DNA of 29,350 nt from a virus (lineage: Duplodnaviria > Caudoviricetes). Shown here in pieces: positions 16,773 to 26,514 of the stretch; within the stretch, counting starts at the first letter, position 1, and each line of letters begins with the position of its first letter. The notes beneath the pieces are model-generated. The model made no database searches. It was not told the origin of the DNA and was given only the letters and a program-made list of their open reading frames with translations. The position numbers were made by a program, and so were the translations under genes. The stretch covers positions 1-29,350 of the IMG/VR virus record IMGVR_UViG_3300042558_003488. One strand, 5' to 3'.

Positions 16773-17036
16773 TTAGTTAGTGGCAAGAATTGCCGCTGCT
16801 TCATTTAATTTTTGTCTCTCGTCCAATATCTTCTGAATCCGTTCTCTCTCTTCGATTAAAAGCAATACCGCCCTTTCCTCTGCAATTTTTTTAATTTCAT
16901 CAGCGTCAGCCCCGTTTTTGGTTTTCTCAAGCAAAACGTTAGTTACTGTATTTCTACAAACACCTACTGTGTCAGCGATAAATTGTATGCTACCGTATTT
17001 GCGTCTTAATATTGCGTATATTTCTTTGTAATCCAT
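16773..17036 (-). CDS. Cro-like HTH regulator
   Basis: GSIQFIADTVGVCRNTVTNVL HTH; divergent from repressor. Confidence 0.75.
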   Translation of the reverse strand: MDYKEIYAILRRKYGSIQFIADTVGVCRNTVTNVLLEKTKNGADADEIKKIAEERAVLLLIEERERIQKILDERQKLNEAAAILATN

Positions 17037-17159
17037 TTTTAACTACTTTTGTGCTTTTGTATATTTCTTGTGCAAAGGTATAACTTTATGTATAAACCGC
17101 ACAAGATTTTTCAAGTATTTTTATAACTTTTTATGTATTTTTTATAACTTAAATTATAA
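17037..17159. promoter_or_regulatory. Lysis/lysogeny switch region
   Basis: + strand TACTTTTG 17044-17051, - strand TACCTTTG 17073-17080; TATAACTT at 17079, 17122, 17143. Confidence 0.65.
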
Positions 17160-17594
17160 ATGTCTGATTTTCAAAATGCTGAATGGAAAGAGCAAGGTGA
17201 AAGATTTTTGCTTTTTATTAAAAAACTTGGACTAAATCAAACTCAAGCCGCTGAAATAGTAGGAACAAAGCAGTCGGGTATATCTCGGTGCATTAAGGGA
17301 AAGATCGGATTGCCAGAAAAATGGGTATTGCGGCTGGTTGAGCATTATAACAAAACTAATAAAATGTACCTTTTGAAAGGGGAGGGCGAAATGTTTCTTC
17401 CCGATAAAAATATCAAAAGTTATAATTTGCTAGCGGATGCGGAATATGAACGGGTGGAAGAACCAGTAATGAGTGCGGAGGTGATAAAGGAATTGAGCGC
17501 GGGGGAATTGCATACGCTGGTGCTGCGGCTGGTGTATCGGGTGGAAGAGTTGGAGCGGAGGGTTAGGGAGTTGGAAGGGTTGGTAGGTAAGTAG
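17160..17594 (+). CDS. CI-like XRE-family repressor
   Basis: LGLNQTQAAEIVGTKQSGISR HTH, YLLKGEGEMF motif, C-terminal coiled coil; no peptidase domain seen. Confidence 0.85.
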   Translation: MSDFQNAEWKEQGERFLLFIKKLGLNQTQAAEIVGTKQSGISRCIKGKIGLPEKWVLRLVEHYNKTNKMYLLKGEGEMFLPDKNIKSYNLLADAEYERVEEPVMSAEVIKELSAGELHTLVLRLVYRVEELERRVRELEGLVGK

Positions 17595-17604
17595 GATTTG
17601 TTTT

Positions 17605-17788
17605 TTTTGACACTATTTTGTCACTACCTTTTTTTTGGGTGGTGTAAGTTGTTGATTGTTAGGGGGTTGTTGTGTGGGGTTCTGGTATCGCCAGCTCCAC
17701 GGGACGAAAATGAACCTACTCTAAACCATTGAAAATCAATCAACAGCAGGAATATTTTTGACACTATTTTGACACTAAATTGTCACTA
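17605..17788 (+). other. attP site (arm repeats + core)
   Basis: 11-bp TTTTG(A/T)CACTA-type arm sites x2 (17605-17626) and x3 (17756-17788); IHF-like site 17645-17657; core candidate CGCCAGCTCCAC 17689-17700. Confidence 0.75.
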
Positions 17789-18963
17789 TGCAAAAATTGA
17801 ACTATCGGTTTACGCTTCGCCGTGACCAACCTGCTAAAGACGGATCGTGCAAACTTGTATTAGTTTGCACGATCAACGGCGACCGGCTAAGGATGTCGGT
17901 CGGTATGAGTGTACACCCCAACAATTTTGACGAAGTAAAAATGCAGATGCGGAGCAAGGGTGACCTCGATCACGCTAAACAGGTAAATACCTATCTGCTG
18001 AAAATACGGAGAAAGGTTGATGAGATTTTCTTCGACCACCTGAATACCGATACCATTTTGACCGTAAAGAAATTTGAGGAGGCGTTTAGCCGTAAAGCGG
18101 CCAGCGGTGATTTCCTTACATTTATGCAAAACGAGATGGACGCGGCGAAGGATAGCCAAGCACCCGGGACAATAAAGGCGTGGAATAGCACTTATAACCA
18201 CCTGCGTGCGTGTTTTACCAAGATTCCCTATGCTGATATTTGCCTTGATCTTGTTAAAAAGTTCGATTCCTACTTGAAAAAAAAGAAGTTTGAAAGTGCT
18301 TACATTGCCAAAAACCATTCGTTCCTGCGTAAATATATCTTACTTGCAAACAAAAAAGGCAAAAAAGTACCGAACCCTTACACAGAATTTAAGGTGGTGA
18401 TCCAGCAAAAAGAGCGCGAGTTCCTTAATGCTAAAGAGGTGCAAGGTTTACGGGAGTTGTACAATAAAAAAGAATTACCCGCACACTTGCAAAGGGCGTT
18501 ACGACACTTCCTATTCCAGATCGGCACTTCGCTGAGGTATAGCGATTTGGCGGCTATGACTAAAGAGAATGTGATTAACAATATGCTTGTTTTTTGCCCG
18601 ATTAAGACCCAAAAGCATGGTAAACTGGTAAAATGCCCATTATCGGACATGGCAAAAAGTATGCTGAATGATTCCGAAAGTGTAACGGATAAACTGTTTT
18701 CTGTGTACGCAGAGCAAACAATGAACCGATGGTTAAAGGATATTGCCGCTTTTGCGGGGATTTCTAAGAAACTTACTACACACTTGGGGCGGCATAGTTA
18801 CGGGTATCTGTTTATTGCGGCGGGTGGACAGGTGGAAGTGTTGCAAAAGATCATGGGTCACTCGGATATTAAAACGACGATGATCTATACACACATAGAT
18901 ACCAAGCAGATTACGGAGGGGGTCGATAGGATTAATAGTTTTCTTTCGGTGGTGGCTGAATGA
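17788..18963 (+). CDS. int: Tyrosine integrase (arm-binding + SAM-like + catalytic domains)
   Basis: Catalytic R (TSLRYSD), K (IKT), HLGRH, MGH, IY; Bacteroidota-type arm-binding N-terminus. Confidence 0.95.
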   Translation: MQKLNYRFTLRRDQPAKDGSCKLVLVCTINGDRLRMSVGMSVHPNNFDEVKMQMRSKGDLDHAKQVNTYLLKIRRKVDEIFFDHLNTDTILTVKKFEEAFSRKAASGDFLTFMQNEMDAAKDSQAPGTIKAWNSTYNHLRACFTKIPYADICLDLVKKFDSYLKKKKFESAYIAKNHSFLRKYILLANKKGKKVPNPYTEFKVVIQQKEREFLNAKEVQGLRELYNKKELPAHLQRALRHFLFQIGTSLRYSDLAAMTKENVINNMLVFCPIKTQKHGKLVKCPLSDMAKSMLNDSESVTDKLFSVYAEQTMNRWLKDIAAFAGISKKLTTHLGRHSYGYLFIAAGGQVEVLQKIMGHSDIKTTMIYTHIDTKQITEGVDRINSFLSVVAE

Positions 18964-19002
18964 AAACGCCCCGGACGGTTGCTGATCGTCCGGGGCGTTT
19001 TT
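18963..19002. terminator. Bidirectional intrinsic terminator
   Basis: AAAACGCCCCGGACG / CGTCCGGGGCGTTTT between convergent genes. Confidence 0.85.
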
Positions 19003-19305
19003 TTACCTTGGATATTTGAATATTCCGGGTAATTTTATTTCTGTATTATCAGAAAAACGTATTGTGTCTGGCCTAAAATCAAAGTGATCTACTGATAATA
19101 AAGTTGCGCCCCATTCTTTTACAGATGAATGAGTTACCCCCATGCCTTGGCACATAGTTCCGTCGTTATAAATAACATAAGGCATATTTCTATTTATTCC
19201 AAATTCAGACGGTATATTCCGTCTTTTAAATTCATCTTTAATTTTAAGTTGGAATGTTTGTTTGTCCGTTACTTTTAATGTAAAATTTTCGGCTGTAAAA
19301 TTCAT
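19003..19305 (-). CDS. Hypothetical protein
   Basis: 100-aa ORF, A-rich start. Confidence 0.55.
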   Translation of the reverse strand: MNFTAENFTLKVTDKQTFQLKIKDEFKRRNIPSEFGINRNMPYVIYNDGTMCQGMGVTHSSVKEWGATLLSVDHFDFRPDTIRFSDNTEIKLPGIFKYPR

Positions 19306-19341
19306 GATTTTTTATTTTAAAATGTGATTTATTGTATGTGT

Positions 19342-19755
19342 TTATTCAGGTAGTTTGGGTTCCCAAAAAGTTTTGTGGGCGCGGAGTTCGTCCCACTGCT
19401 TTGATAATAAATCGTGCAGGGATTTTTCTTCCTCCGTCCAAGCCTCGTCTGCTTCCATACCGTTTGCATCGCGGCGATGCTCCAGCATTTGAATCGCTAA
19501 AGATTGGGCGTTGTACACGATTAGACACATATCAGTCCCGTGTTTTTCCCATTGCTGCCATTTTTTGCCGTCCCATTTGCCTAAATAGGGTAGCATGATT
19601 TCCATGCCAGTATTGAGAATAAAAGACTTATTTTGGTCTTCCAGCATTTCGGCGGTTTCCGTCTCAATGCGGAGATGGATAAACGCATTTTTTGGGTTTG
19701 GGCTGTTTGGGCGGCCAGCGTTTGGGCGATGGCCGCCGTGTGTGTTTTTTTTCAT
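19342..19755 (-). CDS. Putative DNA-binding protein (GGxRxxAGRP motif + ribbon-helix-helix-like segment)
   Basis: HGGHRPNAGRP followed by IHLRIETETAEML. Confidence 0.6.
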   Translation of the reverse strand: MKKNTHGGHRPNAGRPNSPNPKNAFIHLRIETETAEMLEDQNKSFILNTGMEIMLPYLGKWDGKKWQQWEKHGTDMCLIVYNAQSLAIQMLEHRRDANGMEADEAWTEEEKSLHDLLSKQWDELRAHKTFWEPKLPE

Positions 19756-19818
19756 AATTCAATTTTTGAAATGTTATCGCTGATCACAATAAATAGATTA
19801 TTTGCGGTGTCATTTTGT

Positions 19819-20055
19819 TTATAATTGAAATACCTTAATGCCTCCAGCGGTATTTTTCATATAATGGGTAGCACACCCATCGCCGTCTGTTTCTTGCAGT
19901 TTATCAAACTGCTGTTGTGATAAATCGGCAGTTTGGAAACTACCTGGCATAAGATCGGCAGTTGTCCCATTTATTATTTCTTCGTGTGACTTTTCCGAAA
20001 AATAGATCTCGCCTTTATAATCTTCTGCTATAAAAATTTTAATTTTAGTACTCAT
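19819..20055 (-). CDS. Hypothetical protein
   Basis: ORF, likely start MSTKIKIF at 20055. Confidence 0.5.
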   Translation of the reverse strand: MSTKIKIFIAEDYKGEIYFSEKSHEEIINGTTADLMPGSFQTADLSQQQFDKLQETDGDGCATHYMKNTAGGIKVFQL

Positions 20056-20141
20056 GTTATTTATATTTGTTTGGCTACCTGCCAATTCCCTCCCGCTGGT
20101 TAGGCGGGGTGCTTGCGCACATGGTTCGATTAAAAAAGTTT

Positions 20142-20540
20142 TTACTTTGCGATAACTTTAATCCCAAATGATCCAGCCCATTGGCTTTTTTCAAAAGTAT
20201 ATGCAATAGTTTCTGCGGTTGATACCCCTCTTTCGTAATCACTCCATTCAGCATCTTCTAGTTGTGCAAGAACATCTTCGCTATCACGATCATTTAACTC
20301 TCTAAAATCTGTAAATGGCGCATAATCATCATTGATAGTGTAAGATTGCCAGTTGTGCCCGTCGTGGATTGTAATAGATTCTACATCGTCATTTCCATGT
20401 TCATCTTCATCTCCTTGTTGGCCATTTTTGTCGTAAAGTTCATAGCGGCATTTAGATTCAATAAGAGATTTGTCAACGACAAGGAATGAATGATTAACTT
20501 CGTCGCGTTGTGGGATAAGTACTACTAATTCTTGTGACAT
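20142..20540 (-). CDS. Acidic hypothetical protein
   Basis: 132 aa, very Asp/Glu-rich; first gene after a host-type promoter. Confidence 0.6.
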   Translation of the reverse strand: MSQELVVLIPQRDEVNHSFLVVDKSLIESKCRYELYDKNGQQGDEDEHGNDDVESITIHDGHNWQSYTINDDYAPFTDFRELNDRDSEDVLAQLEDAEWSDYERGVSTAETIAYTFEKSQWAGSFGIKVIAK

Positions 20541-20589
20541 AATTTTGATCTTTTCGCGTCAGCAACATTGCTACCGCGTTATTGTGATA

Positions 20590-20597
20590 CAAAGGTA
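20590..20597 (-). promoter_or_regulatory. Bacteroidota-type -7 promoter box TACCTTTG
   Basis: Matches TAnnTTTG with TTTG about 25 nt upstream; heads the four-gene unit 19003-20540. Confidence 0.6.
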
Positions 20598-20708
20598 CGT
20601 CAACTTGATTAATGTGTGCACAAAAATCAAGATTATTTTTACAAAAAAAGTGTTAAATATTTTTCATTTTTTATTGAAAGATTATAAGTGGTTGATTGTC
20701 AATGAAAT

Positions 20709-20741
20709 AAAAAAGGCGGCAACCGGGTGGTTGTCGCCTTT
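20709..20741 (-). terminator. Intrinsic terminator after tape measure gene
   Basis: - strand AAAGGCGACAACC-ACCC-GGTTGCCGCCTTTTTT. Confidence 0.75.
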
Positions 20742-20763
20742 GAAAGTGATCTTTTTTTTACTA

Positions 20764-23520
20764 CTAAGGATTATTTGAATAAAAATTCCCAGTATTCCCA
20801 TTTATTTTATTGTACCTTTTTTGGGATTCAATTATTGTACTGTCGCTCAGTACCGCAAATATCCCCGATGCCATTACATTTTTTAACTGCTGCAATGTGG
20901 TATTGAGCGCAATTAGCACCGATATATCAGCACCACCTGAAGGTGCGGCGGGCATTGATCCATTTAGTCCCCCTTCTGCGAATTGGCTTACTCTACCGCC
21001 TGTGGTGGCCACGTCGATCATTTTTACCAGATTGGCAATGTACGGATCGCGTAGGCTAGAGGATGATACAAAATACTCCGCGCCGCGCTCGCTTGCCAGT
21101 ACTGGTTTGTTGGTGGCATTGCTGTTGAATAGTACAGGGTAGTTGGGGAGTAGGCCCGTTGATGGGGCATTGATGCCTGTCGCGTTGTATTTCCGGTTAT
21201 CTTGTTGCCCGGTGACCAAATACCTACCATCCATTTTTTGTTGTACTGGAGGGGCAGATGTAAGTATTTTGCGTGCCTGTGCCATGTTTGCGATAATGCG
21301 TGCAAATCCTGAAACATACTGCGCTACGCCCGCCGCTCCGAATGTGACGGAGTTGGCAGGGTTGGCACTCGAAGATGCAACAAGAGACGAGATAGCGGCG
21401 GCTGTATCAAATGCGATTTTGGCGAGGGTTGCGATCTTTTGTAGGTTGGCGGATTTGGTGGTTTCACTTCCGATCAAATCCATAGAGGCGACTACCAGAT
21501 CACCAAAGGCGGTAAAACTTGCCTGTAATGCACTAAGCCGCTTTTGCTGCATTGCATATATATCCTCCTCTTGTTTCTTCTGTGCGTCGTTAACGACTTT
21601 CGCTTGCTCGGCGGTCTGTTTTGCTAGTAGTTCGGAGGTGTCTATTCCGTACCTTTTTGCAAGTTCGATTAAGGCGGTGTAGTGTAGCCCAATCGCTTCT
21701 ATTTCTCTTTGCTGATCGGTGAGTAACGACTGCCGAATGACTTCTTTTGCGGCGTCGCTTTCCTCCTCATAGTTAAGCATAACGAGTTTTTTTGCTCGTT
21801 GATGCTCTTCAAATTGTAGCAGGGAGGTGTTAAGTTCGGCTAAAGATATTTCTCCGCGGACGGTTGCTGATTTTGCTTGCTCTTGCTCGATTAGTCTGTT
21901 TACTCCTTGTACGGCGGTTACTCGCTGCGAGTAGGTGTCGTTCCATACTTTCTGCCAGTTGATTTCCTGCTCTACTTCCTTTTGTCCGGTGCTAGTTCCA
22001 GTACCGCCGCCACCTACGCCGCGTGCTGCTGCGAACTTTTGTTCTAAGGCGGAAAGGGTAGTCCCTAGTTCGCCCGCTAATTTGCCGTAGGTGTCGCGTA
22101 TCTTGTTGATTTCTTCCGGTACGTTTTGTACGGTTTCGAGTGACACTTTACGGAGGCCACCTAATACTTCTACCTGCCCTTTTATGTACTCTTCGTACTG
22201 TGAATTATCTTCAAAATTGCTTTTGGCGGCTAGTTCGGCGCGTTCTTTTTCTACTGCAAAGGCGGCTTTGGCGGCTTGCGCTCCGCGTTTTGTTGCTTCG
22301 GTGATTTCGTCCTGTAGGGAAAGGTAGATTATTTTCTGTGCAAATACTTTATTAGCGGCTGCCTGGGCAATTCCAATTTGTTCAATGCTGGATTTTTCGG
22401 TAAGGAGATTGGGGAGGTATTCCCCGTATTTTGAATTGATTTCGGTAATGATCTGCTTCCGTTCATCTTGTGTGAAGTTGCCTGTTTTTAGTACCTCGAT
22501 CTCGGTGTTAAACTCAGATTGTAGTTTGCGGACTGAATCGGCGAGCGAGGAGTTGGTTTTTTCGGCTTGCTGTCCAGCATTTACAATGTATAAAAATGCA
22601 GATCCTACTGCGTTTACAATAGACAGTAATTTGGTGAATACTGGTAGCAGGGTAGTGGCTACTTTCTCGGCTATTTCTTGGAACTTGGCAGTGGCTACGG
22701 CTTGCTGTCTTGCTGCGCTTTCGGTATTAGTGGCGTATGCAGCCTGTGCATCGGCTGATTTTTGGGTAATGAGTTCGAGTGTTACGGCGGCTTCTGCTTG
22801 CTGTCTGCTTGCCCCGGTCAACTTATCCAGCCCTTTTGTGAGCAATGCGGCATCCACGTCCGCTTGTGATATAGAGATACCTAATTGCTTAAGTGAGTCG
22901 CGTTCACCCAGTAGTGCGTCCGAAAGGATTTCGTTTACTTCTATGGCGGTGATGCCTGTTGTACTCCATTCCGATAACGCCCCGGAGAGGTTGACCAGTT
23001 CGGTGGAAATAGCAGCGGCTTCCTCGCGCTGGAAGCCCATTGGTACTAGCAAGTCCTGTATGTTGGCGGCGGCGGCTATGTATTGGGCATTGGTAAGACC
23101 CATCGCTTGGGCGTTGGCTTCGGCTTGTTTTGTAACGAAGGGTAGGGTTTCTCCGAAAACGATTTGCGCCTTTTTGTCTAACTGGTCCATTCGGATACCT
23201 AGATCAAAAACTTGCCTACCCATCGCAATAACCTGATCTACGGCAAAAGCACCTGCGGCGATCCCTGCAAATTCTTCTAGGAATCCACTGGCTTGCTCTA
23301 CTCCTTTGCCGATGTTTCGTAGTTGGGCGTTATGCTGGTCGAGTGGCTGCTTTAACTTTTTGACCTCTTCCAGTTTTGCAATATACTCATCACTCCCAAC
23401 GACCATTTTTGCTAGTTCGTTGGAGGCTTTTTTAAACGCGCCTTGAATGTTCTTTATAGAACCTTCTACTGCGGCATCGTTTATAAAAACGCTTACCTGC
23501 CTTTTGGGATTATTCGCCAT
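20764..23520 (-). CDS. Tail tape measure protein
   Basis: 918 aa, Ala/Gln-rich coiled coil; LVNLSGALSEW...ALLGERDSLKQLGI and LASERGAEYFV motifs. Confidence 0.85.
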   Translation of the reverse strand: MANNPKRQVSVFINDAAVEGSIKNIQGAFKKASNELAKMVVGSDEYIAKLEEVKKLKQPLDQHNAQLRNIGKGVEQASGFLEEFAGIAAGAFAVDQVIAMGRQVFDLGIRMDQLDKKAQIVFGETLPFVTKQAEANAQAMGLTNAQYIAAAANIQDLLVPMGFQREEAAAISTELVNLSGALSEWSTTGITAIEVNEILSDALLGERDSLKQLGISISQADVDAALLTKGLDKLTGASRQQAEAAVTLELITQKSADAQAAYATNTESAARQQAVATAKFQEIAEKVATTLLPVFTKLLSIVNAVGSAFLYIVNAGQQAEKTNSSLADSVRKLQSEFNTEIEVLKTGNFTQDERKQIITEINSKYGEYLPNLLTEKSSIEQIGIAQAAANKVFAQKIIYLSLQDEITEATKRGAQAAKAAFAVEKERAELAAKSNFEDNSQYEEYIKGQVEVLGGLRKVSLETVQNVPEEINKIRDTYGKLAGELGTTLSALEQKFAAARGVGGGGTGTSTGQKEVEQEINWQKVWNDTYSQRVTAVQGVNRLIEQEQAKSATVRGEISLAELNTSLLQFEEHQRAKKLVMLNYEEESDAAKEVIRQSLLTDQQREIEAIGLHYTALIELAKRYGIDTSELLAKQTAEQAKVVNDAQKKQEEDIYAMQQKRLSALQASFTAFGDLVVASMDLIGSETTKSANLQKIATLAKIAFDTAAAISSLVASSSANPANSVTFGAAGVAQYVSGFARIIANMAQARKILTSAPPVQQKMDGRYLVTGQQDNRKYNATGINAPSTGLLPNYPVLFNSNATNKPVLASERGAEYFVSSSSLRDPYIANLVKMIDVATTGGRVSQFAEGGLNGSMPAAPSGGADISVLIALNTTLQQLKNVMASGIFAVLSDSTIIESQKRYNKINGNTGNFYSNNP

Positions 23521-23962
23521 TTTTGATACTTATTTTTACCCTTCGAGTAACTAACCCGGGTATAAAGAACTTTATTTCACCGACTGCATTGTCGGCTGCC
23601 ATATCGGCTAGTATGTCCGCTAGTTCCTGAATGCCTAAATCCAGTACAGGTACTAGCCACGGGTGTGGTGTTGCTTGCCCTGATCCCTTTTTGCGGCCTT
23701 TACCTACACCCGTTTCAAAGAATATACCTTGCTTAGCAAACTTAAAATTTACCCGTTCGGGAAACCCGAATGAGTTTTTGACATTAACGCCAATAGAACG
23801 TGCCAAAGGCTTATAGTCCTTTGTGCTATTAATATGGTAAACCCTTTTTTTGAGGGCAATTTTATCTTTTAATTGCAATGAAATCACCTTAGCGGTTAGT
23901 CTGTTTTTTTGCAAAACAGCCCATGCTTGCATACTCTTGTCAATGTCCGTCTTTTGTTCCAT
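23510..23962 (-). CDS. Putative neck/tail-completion protein (HK97 gp10-like)
   Basis: Basic 150 aa; IFFETGVGKG...PHPWLVPVL pattern. Confidence 0.5.
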   Translation of the reverse strand: MEQKTDIDKSMQAWAVLQKNRLTAKVISLQLKDKIALKKRVYHINSTKDYKPLARSIGVNVKNSFGFPERVNFKFAKQGIFFETGVGKGRKKGSGQATPHPWLVPVLDLGIQELADILADMAADNAVGEIKFFIPGLVTRRVKISIKNGE

Positions 23963-24119
23963 TTAATGCTACTTTATTGATTTACAATTAGTTGATACTA
24001 AAAAAAATATACTTACAAATAAAGAATCAGCCTTTTTTGCCCGCCAAAACATCCCGCCTTCGCCTGTCGGTCACCCCCCTGTTTGTCCGCAAAAAAGCGG
24101 ATATATGCAGGTGGGCGCG

Positions 24120-25151
24120 TTACATGCTCACTATGCCCTTCTTTCTATTCTCTGTTTGTGTATCTGCTTTAGCAGTGGCCTCTGCTGCTGTGTCGATGTG
24201 CCATGCATCGGCACTGGCATTGCTGCCTCCAGATGCTGTGTCGAAGGCTATAAGGAATGATGATTTGTTATTCCTTATGTATGTGTTGAGTAGTTCGTTG
24301 TACTTCAATGCATTGATTTCGTTTTGCCATGCGACCATGCTGAGTGATACCTGTGGTGATGTCTTGTTGATCGCGGATTGCTCCCCGAACAACTCATGGA
24401 CGACTATCGTCCCTTTGTCGTACTTGATCCATCCCTCTGTAATAGCATGACTGATAGCAGTGTTGAACACTGCTGCACGTATCATCAGCACTAAGTTCTT
24501 TTCTGTTGTGCTTAGTGTGCTGGCTTTGTATTTGTTCAATAAGTCATTGTACAAGGCAATAGGTATTACCCTTTTAATACCGAACTCAGTAGCCGCGTTA
24601 ATGGCTGGCCTTAGTGTCTCGAATGTAAAGCGATCACATTGCCGCTGTACTGTCACCCTTACCTGTGCAGCATAGTTGCATAGGCTATTGAGGTGCATCT
24701 GTGCCTCCTCTGTGCTTACCCATGTAGGGTATTGGGCTTGGTTATCGGATAGAAACTTTAACATAGTCTCTATATCGTTATACCCATTGGTTTGGTGGTA
24801 CTCGGAGTATTCGCGTTCCTGGTACCTGTATGCGGATTTCCTGTTTTCGTTCTCTATCCTATGTAGGCCGCTTTCTCCAAACTGCACATTTGCAATCTTC
24901 AAATACTCAAACATTGTAAGTTTGGCCAAAGCCTTCCTTACGAATGGCACTAATGCCGTTTGCGCCGCAGTAGGTGTGCCTGCAATCCCAGCCACCAGTG
25001 CATCATAAAAGGATTGTCCTAAAAATGGTACAAGATGCGAGCGCGCAGCATCCTCAATAACAGGTGCTAAACTTTCAAGATCAACGCTCGTATTGATCGC
25101 GCCGCCAATATTCGCCTTAAACTGGGCGAATGTAGAAAATAACTGTGCCAT
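24120..25151 (-). CDS. Putative head-tail adaptor (DUF6712-like, internally duplicated)
   Basis: 343 aa directly after portal-like gene; LVPFLGQSFYDAL echoed by IKRVIPIALYNDL. Confidence 0.55.
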   Translation of the reverse strand: MAQLFSTFAQFKANIGGAINTSVDLESLAPVIEDAARSHLVPFLGQSFYDALVAGIAGTPTAAQTALVPFVRKALAKLTMFEYLKIANVQFGESGLHRIENENRKSAYRYQEREYSEYHQTNGYNDIETMLKFLSDNQAQYPTWVSTEEAQMHLNSLCNYAAQVRVTVQRQCDRFTFETLRPAINAATEFGIKRVIPIALYNDLLNKYKASTLSTTEKNLVLMIRAAVFNTAISHAITEGWIKYDKGTIVVHELFGEQSAINKTSPQVSLSMVAWQNEINALKYNELLNTYIRNNKSSFLIAFDTASGGSNASADAWHIDTAAEATAKADTQTENRKKGIVSM

Positions 25152-26512
25152 TACTTAGTAGTGTTAGGGGAGTTAGGTGAAGGGACAATGCCCGATTCTT
25201 GGTTATTGGTAGTGGTGTGGCTATTATGATCGACCAGGAAGGTTACCCCCCACTTATTGAAATCAGCCACAAAATTGAGCGGTTCAAGGATTTGCCGCTG
25301 CTCCGGGGTGTTGAGGTCAATTAGGATATTGAAACTTTCCCGTTTATCGCTACCACTACCCGCGCCCATCTTCCCAGATTGCGGAGATAGGCCAATCTGA
25401 CTAGGATCCATGCCCAAGCCCTGTACGATTTGCTGATCTGCTGCAAAAGAATCAGGTACCCAAGTCCCTTCCTTTATTTTGTCGTCCACCGATTCTATAC
25501 GAATAAGACCCAGTGCCGCGCCTGTGATCTCGTTTTCCTTAAATACATACGATACCGATTTATAGACATTGCTCGTTCCGGTAAGCGACTCATTGAGTTC
25601 GGACACTTTAGCGTCAAATATCGCCTGTCTTTTGCCATTGTCCATGGTGTCCCAATCTGAATGGCGCATACGGAAATACGTTTCAGGTATTGCAATCGTG
25701 TACTTGATGCGTACCTGGTTTTTTTGCATCGCCCTCACTATCTTGGGAACGTCTGCTGATACGTCCATCCAACCATCTTCTTTAAACAATCCCAAATGCC
25801 ACGGACGCGAATAGTAAATCTTCCCTGGTGTTGGGAATCCAGTATGCCAAGCGAATTTTGCGCCCCTTAGTTCCTTAAAAAACACCTCCCGATCATACCA
25901 CCGATAAAGCGGTATTGCCCTACGGTATTGATCCTGTACAGCTGTCCCAAATGGGAAATGGTACGAATAGATCACATAATCTATCGTTCCCCGCTGCGAT
26001 GCACGCGACAACCGCGCATGTTCCGCGCCGATATGGTATAAGTTTGTGATCTTACTACGATCATTTGATAAAATAAACTCCGAAAACGCATTATAAGGCA
26101 AACAGTAATCCGCACACTGAGCAGGAAACCATTCCGTTTCGATCCTGTTTTCTTTCAAAAACGCCTCCACCTGCGGCATATAGGCTGGCATGGCTTCTGC
26201 GCCCTTTGCTATATCCGCATTCTTGAAATACACCAGCCGTGTCCCTTGCAGAAAACGTATCTTTTTATCCAACACCGCGCCCGCTACTGGCACGGCCTCT
26301 ATCTTTTCGCGCATACGGGTAGGCATTCGGTCATCATCGCCCCAGGCTGCCCATAGCACCGCTCGATCCAGCCACGTCGGTACTGGTGGCGTGGTTTTAT
26401 CGTATGCTTGCGCGTCGGATCGTTGTGGGGTCGTTCTTGGGCGGCGATATTCGTCCGCAACGGCCATAAATCGGTCTTCTACCTGTATTACGTCAACAAT
26501 ATATTCGCTCAT
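25151..26512 (-). CDS. Portal-like protein
   Basis: 453 aa; WGDDDRMP, YYSRPW, LGMDPSQIG...GSGSDKRE, QILEPL motifs typical of Bacteroidota prophage portals. Confidence 0.7.
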   Translation of the reverse strand: MSEYIVDVIQVEDRFMAVADEYRRPRTTPQRSDAQAYDKTTPPVPTWLDRAVLWAAWGDDDRMPTRMREKIEAVPVAGAVLDKKIRFLQGTRLVYFKNADIAKGAEAMPAYMPQVEAFLKENRIETEWFPAQCADYCLPYNAFSEFILSNDRSKITNLYHIGAEHARLSRASQRGTIDYVIYSYHFPFGTAVQDQYRRAIPLYRWYDREVFFKELRGAKFAWHTGFPTPGKIYYSRPWHLGLFKEDGWMDVSADVPKIVRAMQKNQVRIKYTIAIPETYFRMRHSDWDTMDNGKRQAIFDAKVSELNESLTGTSNVYKSVSYVFKENEITGAALGLIRIESVDDKIKEGTWVPDSFAADQQIVQGLGMDPSQIGLSPQSGKMGAGSGSDKRESFNILIDLNTPEQRQILEPLNFVADFNKWGVTFLVDHNSHTTTNNQESGIVPSPNSPNTTK

Positions 26513-26514
26513 GC

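Noticed and set aside
20810-23236. Long + strand ORFs (up to 283 aa) opposite the tape measure gene, and similar shadow ORFs elsewhere
   Set aside because: Antisense shadows of strong genes with no recognisable motifs
23963-24119. Possible cos/pac site or eighth promoter copy (24016-24050), and an apparent shift to C-rich + strand further right
   Set aside because: Promoter match is degenerate, only a small hairpin is visible, and skew cannot be quantified by eye
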